From NCBI GenBank assembly GCA_051747085.1, contig JBNJFS010000002.1, forward strand, positions 1 to 55,912: a stretch of 55,912 nucleotides of DNA. The letters run 5' to 3'. Of the stretch, positions 1-8,455 are shown piece by piece. Within the stretch, counting starts at the first letter, position 1; every line of letters starts with the position of its first letter. The DNA comes from Bacteroidota bacterium (lineage in GTDB: Bacteria > Bacteroidota > Bacteroidia > Bacteroidales > UBA12077). Position numbers and translations under genes: made by a program. The notes under the pieces were generated by a model. The model saw nothing but the letters and a program-made list of their open reading frames with translations, was not told where the DNA came from and ran no database searches.

Positions 1-1
1 T

Positions 2-1429
2 CGACACTTTCTAAGGCAGGCATCCGAAAAATCAGTTGACAAACTTAAAACCGACCGTTTTTTAAGTCGTGCTAACTGGCAAAATGTTGAAGAATATTTG
101 CCGGAGCAACCGCTGGAAACAGATATTATTTTAGATGAAGGAGAAAATGCCAATTTATACGAGACCCGACGCAGGGTACTTGAAAAAGAAAAAAGCAGCT
201 ACTGGACTCAGTTTAAAGAAGGCCTTTTAGGACCTGTTGCCGTTCGTAATCTTGCCGATGCCATTAATGAGATTATTGATGCAGACGGAAAAATTCCCCT
301 ATCTGAGCGAAAAGATTTGGAACGAATGTGGGTAACCCCAAAATTTCTCAGCAAATTACAATCCATCCCCCTGCTAAATAAAATTTCTCAGCGATTTTTC
401 TTCGAACGTTTAGCTACCAGCTATGATGCAGCCCGCGGATTTGTAGAGGCACAATACGAAACCTTAAAGCTGGTTGAAAGCATGGCAATTAGCTCAAATA
501 CCGAGGAACTTACTATTGACCAGGATTTAGCAACCGTTGAAAGTGAAATTAACGAAAACCGTATCCATGGATTAACTTTTCTCAGGAACCTGAAAAATAC
601 TTATCCTGAAATTTATGATGCGATAGCAACCCGTCAAGCTATCCGCTCAAACCTCAATACTGAATTAAAAATAGTTGATCGGTTAATGAAAAAAGGACAA
701 ATAGGTTCGGATGAAGCTGAAAAAATGATTGACAGTATTGAAGAAAGGATGAAAAGACTGGTAGATAAACCTCCAGAAATAAAACCTCCGGAGAAAGCTA
801 AATTACTGAAGGATATTCCCTGGTTAAAAGAATTAGATAAAAACATATTTACACGAATTGTTAGCCTGTTCCAACATCGAAATTATGCTGTGGGTGAAAA
901 AATTATTAAAGAACACGGACATGTTGATGGTTTATATGTTATTGCACGAGGTACTGTTAAAGTTACCATCAATAAACGACTCATTGATATTTTAGGAAAA
1001 GGTAGTGTTTTTGGTGAAATCGCTGTGCTTACCAATATTCCGAGGACTGCAACAGTAACCGCAGAATCTCCTGTAACTGTTTTTCGGTTAACATCGGTTA
1101 GCATGCAACAGGTTATCCATGATAATCATACACTCGAAGATAAATTGTGGGAAATTGCTGCACCACGACTGGCAGAGAATGTTTTAACCAACCATGAAGA
1201 TTACAAAAAATTACAACATGCAGATATTCAACGATGGCTCGAAAAATCTGAAATAATTTTTGCTAAAAAAGTTCGGAATATTGAATTAACGGATAAAATT
1301 GGAATCCTGATTACAGGTAAAGCCATAAGAGAAAACAATGAAGAAGTTGAAGCACCATGTTTAGTTGAGGAAAACACCATTACTCTTAGCCGAGGAAGTA
1401 GAATGTTAATTTGTAAGAGAGCAGTATAA
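2..1429 (+). CDS. Cation:proton antiporter (NhaP/CPA1-like) C-terminal cytoplasmic region fused to a cyclic-nucleotide-binding domain; 5' end lies outside the window
   Basis: Frame 2 is open from nt 2, with no stop before the TTG at 98 used by the ORF track, so the gene enters from the left edge. The C-terminal third carries a cNMP-binding signature 'GKGSVFGEIAVLTNIPRTATVTA'. The antiporter assignment for the upstream part rests on recollection of similar proteins. Confidence 0.6.
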   Translation, partial: RHFLRQASEKSVDKLKTDRFLSRANWQNVEEYLPEQPLETDIILDEGENANLYETRRRVLEKEKSSYWTQFKEGLLGPVAVRNLADAINEIIDADGKIPLSERKDLERMWVTPKFLSKLQSIPLLNKISQRFFFERLATSYDAARGFVEAQYETLKLVESMAISSNTEELTIDQDLATVESEINENRIHGLTFLRNLKNTYPEIYDAIATRQAIRSNLNTELKIVDRLMKKGQIGSDEAEKMIDSIEERMKRLVDKPPEIKPPEKAKLLKDIPWLKELDKNIFTRIVSLFQHRNYAVGEKIIKEHGHVDGLYVIARGTVKVTINKRLIDILGKGSVFGEIAVLTNIPRTATVTAESPVTVFRLTSVSMQQVIHDNHTLEDKLWEIAAPRLAENVLTNHEDYKKLQHADIQRWLEKSEIIFAKKVRNIELTDKIGILITGKAIRENNEEVEAPCLVEENTITLSRGSRMLICKRAV

Positions 1430-1463
1430 GTAGTTATATATTAACACGTTTAATAAAAATATA

Positions 1464-2312
1464 TTACGGTATTTTTACAACATCTATTTTTAATGACATA
1501 TACAATTCCATTTCTCTTTTATCAGCTACCATCTGCTCCCATTTTCCCTGCTTACCCTTTCGGCTTATAGATAAACAACCTTTAAACCAGGCAGCAAAAT
1601 ATATCCTGCTGCCCTTGTGCTGTTCTATTAACTCAAATGTAGGGACAAAATCTTCCTCGACAATTATATTATATTTACTTATATCAAATTCATTTTTACC
1701 ATAAAACTGGTCTTCGTTTAGATGAAAATAAACAGGTTGTTTTAAAATATTTTTGTGAGGTAACCCATCTTTTAAATTGTATACATTAAATCTAAAAATT
1801 GCACTGTCAGGAACTTCTCCTCCTGCCATAGTTAATTTAAAAGATACTTTTTTTAAAAATAATTTTTCATTATTTTCAATTAAAATGCCATGCTCTCTAT
1901 TTCCAAAAAAACCGATTATTAATTGCTGGGTTGACCTTTTATTTCCCAATTTTTTTGTTTCATAGTTTGTATTGGTAATTACCACTTCGTCTAACTCGGT
2001 TATTTTTTCTTCAAGGAAAATTGTATCTAACCCTTGTTCAGAAAGTTTTATAAAATCCTCTACCTTGTAACAAACCGGGTAAAAACCGATGCAAGAAAAC
2101 CTGAGAGAATCTGTTTCTTCATAATCCTTTATAAACATTCTAAAATCCCCATGTTTATCTGAATAAGTACCAAAAGGGGTATCTATAATGCCAATGGAAA
2201 CATAACTTATGGGCTCATTAGTATCTTTATTAATTACAACACCAGTATATTCCTGTGCTTTTAAGATCGTAGCTCCAATAATGAGCAAGAAAATAAGGGC
2301 TATTGTCCGCAT
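1464..2312 (-). CDS. Secreted hypothetical protein with N-terminal CarboxypepD_reg-like fold
   Basis: 282-aa ORF with signal peptide 'MRTIALIFLLIIGATILKAQ', followed by 'YTGVVINKDTNEPISYVSIGI...GTYSDKHGDFRM', typical of carboxypeptidase-regulatory-like domains. Confidence 0.6.
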   Translation of the reverse strand: MRTIALIFLLIIGATILKAQEYTGVVINKDTNEPISYVSIGIIDTPFGTYSDKHGDFRMFIKDYEETDSLRFSCIGFYPVCYKVEDFIKLSEQGLDTIFLEEKITELDEVVITNTNYETKKLGNKRSTQQLIIGFFGNREHGILIENNEKLFLKKVSFKLTMAGGEVPDSAIFRFNVYNLKDGLPHKNILKQPVYFHLNEDQFYGKNEFDISKYNIIVEEDFVPTFELIEQHKGSRIYFAAWFKGCLSISRKGKQGKWEQMVADKREMELYMSLKIDVVKIP

Positions 2313-2456
2313 ATATTAAATAAAAAATAAATACTAAAAGTAAAACTATTCAAGAAAAAGTAACTATTCACAATCAATTAAATGATTAAAAATAAAATAT
2401 CCTCAGCTTTTCAACGAAAATAATGAGAGATATTGTAAAGGTTAATAAATAAAAAT

Positions 2457-2774
2457 CTAACGGGCTATTACTTTTAACCCTACAATTGCTACTAATATCA
2501 TAACAATAAACACTAGTCGTAACACTTCTACCGGCTCGTTAAATAAAATAATACCCAAAACAGAAGTGCCCACAATACCTATTCCTGTCCACACGGCATA
2601 AGCCGTACCAATAGGAATCGTTTTGGTAGCGAGTGATAATAAATAAACACTTACAACCATAGATACTAATGTAAATACAACCGGCCAAAAGCGGGTAAAT
2701 CCATGGGTATATTTCATTCCTATAGCCCACCCAATCTCAAAAATTCCTGCTATCAATAAATAAATCCAGGCCAT
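2457..2774 (-). CDS. sugE: SMR-family small multidrug/guanidinium exporter (SugE/Gdx-like)
   Basis: 105 aa with four predicted TM helices. N-terminus 'MAWIYLLIAGIFEIGWAIGMKYTHGF' contains the conserved membrane Glu of SMR proteins. Confidence 0.85.
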   Translation of the reverse strand: MAWIYLLIAGIFEIGWAIGMKYTHGFTRFWPVVFTLVSMVVSVYLLSLATKTIPIGTAYAVWTGIGIVGTSVLGIILFNEPVEVLRLVFIVMILVAIVGLKVIAR

Positions 2775-2785
2775 AATAAAAGGTA

Positions 2786-4435
2786 TTAATCCTCAATAAT
2801 CTGATAAATTGGACTTCCAACACAAGCATTGGGCGATGTAATTTGCAAAATCCAGGCTATGGTAGGAGCAATATCTGTAACCTCAATACTTTTGTCAATT
2901 CGGCTGTTTTTCACCTCCCAACCATACCAAATAAGAGGAACATGCGTATCATAATTATATCCGGAACCCGATCCGGTAGCTTTCCCGTCTTTTTCAATCC
3001 ATCCGGGTTCAAGGTTTACCATTACATCTCCAGAACGTTTTTGATGAAAGCTGTTTTGCATTTTTTCTTTTATTCCTGCTGTAAATTGATTTGTAACCAT
3101 ACTCATCCCGGGGATGGCATCAGCAACACCGGAATACTGAGCTAAAAAACTTGCTGTCTGCTCCTGAATCTCTTTCAAGCTTGTTCCACTTTGGTCAATC
3201 ATTTGCTGATTCAAGTATAATTGGCCCGATTGATAAAAATCTACCCAGTCGCCATCACCATATAAAATACTTAAATAACTGTTTAATAATGACAAGGCCT
3301 TTTGAGGATCGAATACTCCTGCATTTTGCTTTTTATATTTTAAATATTCGGGAACATCTGCAACTCCTCGATCAGAAACAATATAAATCAATACATTTTC
3401 TAACCCTAAATGATAATCTAAAAATTCAATAAAATGCTTAATATCCTTATCCAATCGCAAAAAAACATCTTCGATTTCTACCGAACGAGGTCCAAACAAA
3501 TCGCCTGCATAACTCGAAGCTGAAAAACTTACATTTAAAAAATCGGTAAAATTATCTTTCCCCAGATTTTCTCCAATTATCGTTGAAATAGCAAAATCTT
3601 TAGTATACGTATTTCCAAAAGGAGTATACTTTAAATACTTATAATTACCCGATCGATTTTTTAAATAAGCTAAGTCGTAAGGAAAGGTATAACGATACAG
3701 TCTTATTCCAATCTCAAAAGGATTATCATCCGGCAGGCTCGATTGATAGTTATCCCCGAGTCTATGAAGGGTCGACCATGTTTGTTTCATATAAACATCC
3801 CGGAAATCTTTTTCATGAAACTGATAAACCCAGTCTGGAAGAGAATCTATATAATAACTTCCGGTACTCCATTGTCCGTCTTCATCGTTAAACCAAAAAG
3901 CATAATCGGCTAATCTGCCTCCTGAAATGACTGAAGAAACTGGATTTGCAGCAATAGAAATTACTTTTGAGCTATCATTTGTAGCAAGTTTCAGCTCATC
4001 ACCAATGGTTGAAGCCAGCATATTTTTAGGAGAAAAATTCCCAAGGGTGATTCTTCCATTCATTAAATTATATTTTTTCTCATCGCCAGCACCCACTTTT
4101 TTTTCTCCCAATTTATCATACCACTGGTCGGATATTATGCCATGGTACGAAGGATAGGTGCCGGTAACGATACTGGCATGACCTGGTGCGTTTTGTGTAA
4201 TAAAATAATTGTGGTGAACCTGGGTACATAGTGTGCCTTCATCAACTAATTGTTTAAAACCCCCATCAGCAAAAGCATCCCAATAACGAAGCAACATTTC
4301 ATAACGCATTTCTTCGATGGTAATACCAACAATTAATTTGGGGGGTTCATTAAAATGTTTTTGTGCATAAACCCATGAAAATAAAAAAATAAATATCAAA
4401 GATAACAACCCTTTTTTTGTGGAGTGTACAATCAT
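2786..4435 (-). CDS. Alkaline-phosphatase-superfamily protein, PafA/NPP-like fold, secreted; catalytic residues appear substituted
   Basis: 549 aa with signal peptide. Blocks 'HASIVTGTYPSYHGIISDQWYDK', 'FGPRSVEIEDVFLRLD' and 'YDTHVPLIWYGW' resemble PafA/nucleotide pyrophosphatase family proteins. See findings for the active-site positions. Confidence 0.75.
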   Translation of the reverse strand: MIVHSTKKGLLSLIFIFLFSWVYAQKHFNEPPKLIVGITIEEMRYEMLLRYWDAFADGGFKQLVDEGTLCTQVHHNYFITQNAPGHASIVTGTYPSYHGIISDQWYDKLGEKKVGAGDEKKYNLMNGRITLGNFSPKNMLASTIGDELKLATNDSSKVISIAANPVSSVISGGRLADYAFWFNDEDGQWSTGSYYIDSLPDWVYQFHEKDFRDVYMKQTWSTLHRLGDNYQSSLPDDNPFEIGIRLYRYTFPYDLAYLKNRSGNYKYLKYTPFGNTYTKDFAISTIIGENLGKDNFTDFLNVSFSASSYAGDLFGPRSVEIEDVFLRLDKDIKHFIEFLDYHLGLENVLIYIVSDRGVADVPEYLKYKKQNAGVFDPQKALSLLNSYLSILYGDGDWVDFYQSGQLYLNQQMIDQSGTSLKEIQEQTASFLAQYSGVADAIPGMSMVTNQFTAGIKEKMQNSFHQKRSGDVMVNLEPGWIEKDGKATGSGSGYNYDTHVPLIWYGWEVKNSRIDKSIEVTDIAPTIAWILQITSPNACVGSPIYQIIED

Positions 4436-4453
4436 AAAACGTTTAGATAAAAA

Positions 4454-5551
4454 TTAAACATTAAACCGGATGTGAAGAATATCGCCATCTTCAACCACAT
4501 AGTTTTTCCCTTCCACATGAAATTTCCCGGCTTCTTTTACTTTTGCTTCAGAGCCTATGGTAACAAAATCTTCATATTTCATCACCTCGGCACGAATAAA
4601 ACCACGCTCAAGATCGCTATGTATTGCCCCTGCAGCCTGTGGGGCTTTCATTCCTTTTTTTATTGTCCAGGCCCGAATTTCTTTAGGTCCAACGGTAAAG
4701 AAAGACATCAAATTTAAAAGCGAATAAGCACTTCTAATCAGCTTATTTACTCCGGGTTCTGTTAATCCTGCATCACTTAAAAACTCATTTCGGTCATTTT
4801 CATTTTCCAGTTCAGCAATCTCTGCTTCTAATTCTCCGGCAATAATTAATATTTGTGTATCTTGCCCTTCAAGCGCTTTTTTAACATGCTCTACATATTG
4901 ATTACCGTCAATAGCTGACTCGTCGTCGACATTACAAACATAAATAATTGGTTTAGCGGTAAGCAGAAACAAGTCATCAACATATTTTTGGTTGGCATCG
5001 GAAATTGAGAAATCCCGGGCATTTTGCATCGACTCCAGGTGACTTTTCAACTCCTGTAATACTACAATTCCCTGCTTAGCGTCTTTATCGCCTGTTTTAA
5101 TAAGTTTTTCAAAACGTTCAATTTTCTTCTCAACCGATTCAAGGTCTTTGACCTGCAGTTCAAAATCAATGGTTTCAATATCCCTTACCGGATCAACCGA
5201 TCCATCTACATGTGATAAATTTTCATCATCAAAACAACGAAGTACATGAATTAAAGCATCGGTATTTCTAATATCGGCCAGGAATTTATTTCCTACACCT
5301 TCTCCCTGGTTAGCTCCTTTTGTTAAGCCCGGAATATCTACAATATCAACCGTGGCAGGAATCACTTTTTCGGTAGGTTGCAATTTCTCGAGTTCCTGCA
5401 AACGTTTATCGGGGACATTAATAACGCCAATATTCGATTTATTTGAGCTAAAAGCAAAATTTGTAGTTTCAACTTTTGAGCTCGACATGCAATTAAAAAT
5501 CGTTGATTTTCCCACATTCGTTACACCAATAATACCACACTGTAGTCCCAT
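4454..5551 (-). CDS. ychF: Ribosome-binding ATPase YchF
   Basis: 'MGLQCGIIGVTNVGKSTIFN' P-loop start and C-terminal 'IHSDLERGFIRAEV' TGS region. I prefer the ATG at 5551 (365 aa) over the track start at 5587. Confidence 0.9.
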   Translation of the reverse strand: MGLQCGIIGVTNVGKSTIFNCMSSSKVETTNFAFSSNKSNIGVINVPDKRLQELEKLQPTEKVIPATVDIVDIPGLTKGANQGEGVGNKFLADIRNTDALIHVLRCFDDENLSHVDGSVDPVRDIETIDFELQVKDLESVEKKIERFEKLIKTGDKDAKQGIVVLQELKSHLESMQNARDFSISDANQKYVDDLFLLTAKPIIYVCNVDDESAIDGNQYVEHVKKALEGQDTQILIIAGELEAEIAELENENDRNEFLSDAGLTEPGVNKLIRSAYSLLNLMSFFTVGPKEIRAWTIKKGMKAPQAAGAIHSDLERGFIRAEVMKYEDFVTIGSEAKVKEAGKFHVEGKNYVVEDGDILHIRFNV

Positions 5552-5759
5552 AATTTTCTCTTTAGATAAATGTTTCTGAAGGCTCAAAATTACACTTTTT
5601 CAGAATTTTAAAAAGGGATTTTAAATAAAAAAGCCTGCACGGCAACTTCTTTTCCGGATGTTGATAATAAATTGCATTCATTTTCCGTATATTCTAATGA
5701 AAAACTGTATTTTTACAGCTAAATTTTTAACCGACTTTTTACAATTACAATTTAAGAAA

Positions 5760-6605
5760 ATGACAGATATTCAAAATCTAAAGAAGATAGCTACGCAGGT
5801 ACGACGCGACATTGTACGAATGGTTCATGCTCAAAACTCAGGACATCCGGGAGGATCCCTTGGCTGCGCTGATTTTATGACCGCATTATATTTTGAAATT
5901 ATGGACCATAAACCCGATAATTTTGACATGGATGGAAAGAAACAGGATATCTTCTTTTTATCCAACGGACATATCTCCCCTCTTTGGTATAGTGTTCTAT
6001 CCCGTTCGGGATATTTTGAGTTATCAGAATTATCAACTTTTAGAATGATTAATTCAAGATTACAGGGACACCCAACTACACACGATGAGTTGCCCGGAGT
6101 AAGAATAGCTTCAGGATCACTGGGACAGGGACTTTCGGCTGCGGCAGGAGCAGCATTATCAAAAAAATTAAACAATGACCCTAAAATGGTGTTTTCTCTT
6201 CATGGTGACGGAGAATTGCAGGAAGGACAAATCTGGGAAGCTGCAATGTTTGCTGCTCATCATAAAATTGACAATCTAATATCAACCATTGATTACAATG
6301 GTAAACAAATTGACGGCCCGGTTGACGAAATCATAACCTTAGGAAATTTAAAAAACAAGTGGGAAAGCTTTGGCTGGAAAGTGTTAGAAATGAATGGCAA
6401 CGATATGGATGAGGTGGTTAAAACCTTAAATCATGCAAAAACGCTAACCGGAAAAGGTCAGCCGATTATGATTTTAATGAAAACAGAAATGGGTATGGGA
6501 GTAGATTTTATGATTGGAAGCCATAAATGGCATGGTGTGGCACCCAATGATGAACAATTGCAAAGCGCGCTTAGTCAACTTGAGGAGACGTTTGGTGATT
6601 ATTAA
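5760..6605 (+). CDS. Transketolase, N-terminal (thiamine-diphosphate-binding) subunit
   Basis: 'GHPGGSLG', 'SNGH', 'GDGELQEGQIWEA', 'DYNGKQIDG'. I prefer the ATG at 5760 ('MTDIQNLKK'); the upstream 34 codons of the track ORF look non-coding. Confidence 0.9.
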   Translation: MTDIQNLKKIATQVRRDIVRMVHAQNSGHPGGSLGCADFMTALYFEIMDHKPDNFDMDGKKQDIFFLSNGHISPLWYSVLSRSGYFELSELSTFRMINSRLQGHPTTHDELPGVRIASGSLGQGLSAAAGAALSKKLNNDPKMVFSLHGDGELQEGQIWEAAMFAAHHKIDNLISTIDYNGKQIDGPVDEIITLGNLKNKWESFGWKVLEMNGNDMDEVVKTLNHAKTLTGKGQPIMILMKTEMGMGVDFMIGSHKWHGVAPNDEQLQSALSQLEETFGDY

Positions 6606-6635
6606 CAGATTAAATGAACATAAAAATCTAATATT

Positions 6636-7037
6636 ATGGAAAATATAGTAATTATAGCGCATGATGTAAAAAAACCAGAGATGGTTCGGTTTCTTAATGA
6701 GCGAAAAGATTGGATTTTTGGAGTTAATCTGATTGCTACCGGCAGAACAGCTGAGTTTGTAGAATCGCAAGGAATTAAAGTAAAACATCTAAGTCCCGGT
6801 ATATCAGGAGGTTATGGCGAAATAACCGAAATGATTAAAAGAAAAGAGGTAGATATTGTTATTTTCTTAAGAGACCCGCTCGTAAAACAAGCGCATCACG
6901 AAGATATTCAAAGGCTTTTGGAGGCTTGTAACATGTATAATATTCCATTAGCAACAAATTACGCAACTGCCGAATTAGTTATTTTGGGGCACATAAAAAA
7001 AGAAGATTACGAACGAAGAAAATCAATGGATCAGTAG
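6636..7037 (+). CDS. mgsA: Methylglyoxal synthase-like (MGS-like domain) protein
   Basis: 133 aa. By-eye alignment to E. coli MgsA: 'VIIAHDVKK' vs 'ALVAHDHCK', 'IATGRT' vs 'YATGTT', 'DIVIFLRDPL..AHHEDIQRLL' vs 'DVLIFFWDPL..PHDPDVKALL', 'NIPLATNYATAE' vs 'NIPVATNVATAD'. Confidence 0.65.
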   Translation: MENIVIIAHDVKKPEMVRFLNERKDWIFGVNLIATGRTAEFVESQGIKVKHLSPGISGGYGEITEMIKRKEVDIVIFLRDPLVKQAHHEDIQRLLEACNMYNIPLATNYATAELVILGHIKKEDYERRKSMDQ

Positions 7038-7071
7038 TTTCCTGATTCTGATAGCTACGAGAACTTAACAC

Positions 7072-8442
7072 TTGAAAAAAACACTTACATATATACTGTT
7101 ATTTTTTACCCTTCATGTTGGAGCTCAACAAAAACAAAAAACAGAGCCTCCTACTACCCGTATATTGTTTATTTTCGATGCTTCGCAAAGTATGTATGGA
7201 ACATGGGGTAAAAATAAAAAGATCTCTATTGCCCGGAAATACCTAATTCAACTTATTGATAGTCTGGAGAATACCGACAATCTGCAAATGGCTTTACGGG
7301 TATATGGTCATCAAAGTCCTGTACCTCCTCAGGATTGTAGTGATACAAAGTTAGAGATTCCTTTCTCAAACGGTAACGCTTCACAAATAAGACAAAAGCT
7401 ACGTTATATAATACCTAAAGGGACCACACCGATAGCTCATTCATTGGAACTTGCAGCCAATGATTTTCCCCCTTGTGAAAATTGCAGAAATATTATTATC
7501 CTTATCACGGATGGTATTGAAGCTTGTGACGGGGATCCCTGTCAGGCATCCCTTGATTTACAGAAAAAAGGAATCGTCCTTAAGCCTTTTGTAATCGGTA
7601 TTGGTATCGATCCTAACTTTGGAGATACGTTCAATTGTGTTGGTGATTTCTATAATACCACTACAGAAGAAAGATTTGAAAAAGCCCTTAATGTTGTCAT
7701 CTCCAGAGCACTAAACTCCACCACTGCACAGGTAAATCTGCTCGATTCATATGGTAATCCCACAGAAACAAATGTTAACATGTCTTTTTTTAATCATGTT
7801 TCGGGAAAAATAAAATATAATTTTATCCATACGATTAATTATATGGGAAATCCGGACACATTGATTATTGATCCGCTGATTACTTATGATTTAGTGGTAA
7901 ATACACTTCCTCCGATAAGAAAAGACAGCATTAAACTTTCTGAGGGAAAGCATAATATGATAGGCCTATTTGCGCCTCAGGGGTATTTAAACATTTCATG
8001 TCCCGGCTCTAATCAGTATAGAGACCTTGAAATCATTGTCCGTAAAGATAATGATCCACAAATACTTAATGTGCATAAAAATGAACAAACCGAAAAATAC
8101 CTGACCGGAGAATATGATTTGGATATCTTAACTATCCCACGAATAAAATTAGAGAACATAAAAATTGAGCAAAGCAAAACAACAAAAATACAAATTCCAA
8201 AACCGGGAATTGCCAATTTAACATTCCCCTCGCCCGGATTTGGAAGTTTATATAAAGAAACGTCTGATACACTGGAATGGGCTTATAACCTGAATGTGAA
8301 TTTGTTACATCAAAATTTAATCTTACAACCAGGTAGTTATAGGATAATCTTTAGGCCTAAAAACTCAAAACAAATAATGAGTACAGTGATCAAGAAATTC
8401 AGTATAAAACCAGGCTTATCAAATTCAATTACAGTATATTAA
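7072..8442 (+). CDS. Secreted von Willebrand factor type A (VWA) domain protein
   Basis: Signal peptide 'MKKTLTYILLFFTLHVGAQ' (TTG start), MIDAS motif 'FIFDASQSM', 'GTTPIAHSL', 'IILITDGIE'; the C-terminal ~230 aa are beta-rich and unassigned. Confidence 0.75.
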   Translation: MKKTLTYILLFFTLHVGAQQKQKTEPPTTRILFIFDASQSMYGTWGKNKKISIARKYLIQLIDSLENTDNLQMALRVYGHQSPVPPQDCSDTKLEIPFSNGNASQIRQKLRYIIPKGTTPIAHSLELAANDFPPCENCRNIIILITDGIEACDGDPCQASLDLQKKGIVLKPFVIGIGIDPNFGDTFNCVGDFYNTTTEERFEKALNVVISRALNSTTAQVNLLDSYGNPTETNVNMSFFNHVSGKIKYNFIHTINYMGNPDTLIIDPLITYDLVVNTLPPIRKDSIKLSEGKHNMIGLFAPQGYLNISCPGSNQYRDLEIIVRKDNDPQILNVHKNEQTEKYLTGEYDLDILTIPRIKLENIKIEQSKTTKIQIPKPGIANLTFPSPGFGSLYKETSDTLEWAYNLNVNLLHQNLILQPGSYRIIFRPKNSKQIMSTVIKKFSIKPGLSNSITVY

Positions 8443-8455
8443 TTTATAAATTACA

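Noticed and set aside
2775-2785. Looked for a guanidine riboswitch upstream of the SugE/Gdx-like exporter.
   Set aside because: Only 11 nt separate the exporter start from the stop codon of the preceding gene, so there is no room for a riboswitch aptamer. The gene appears to be co-transcribed instead.
5658-5759. Upstream extensions of track ORFs: transketolase N-subunit from 5658, ychF from 5587, DUF4290 from 50970, grpE from 52994, dnaJ from 53701 and the periplasmic protein from 10485.
   Set aside because: In each case the family-typical N-terminus begins at an internal ATG. The extra residues are hydrophobic or low-complexity, or start at TTG within AT-rich spacer. I chose the internal ATG starts.
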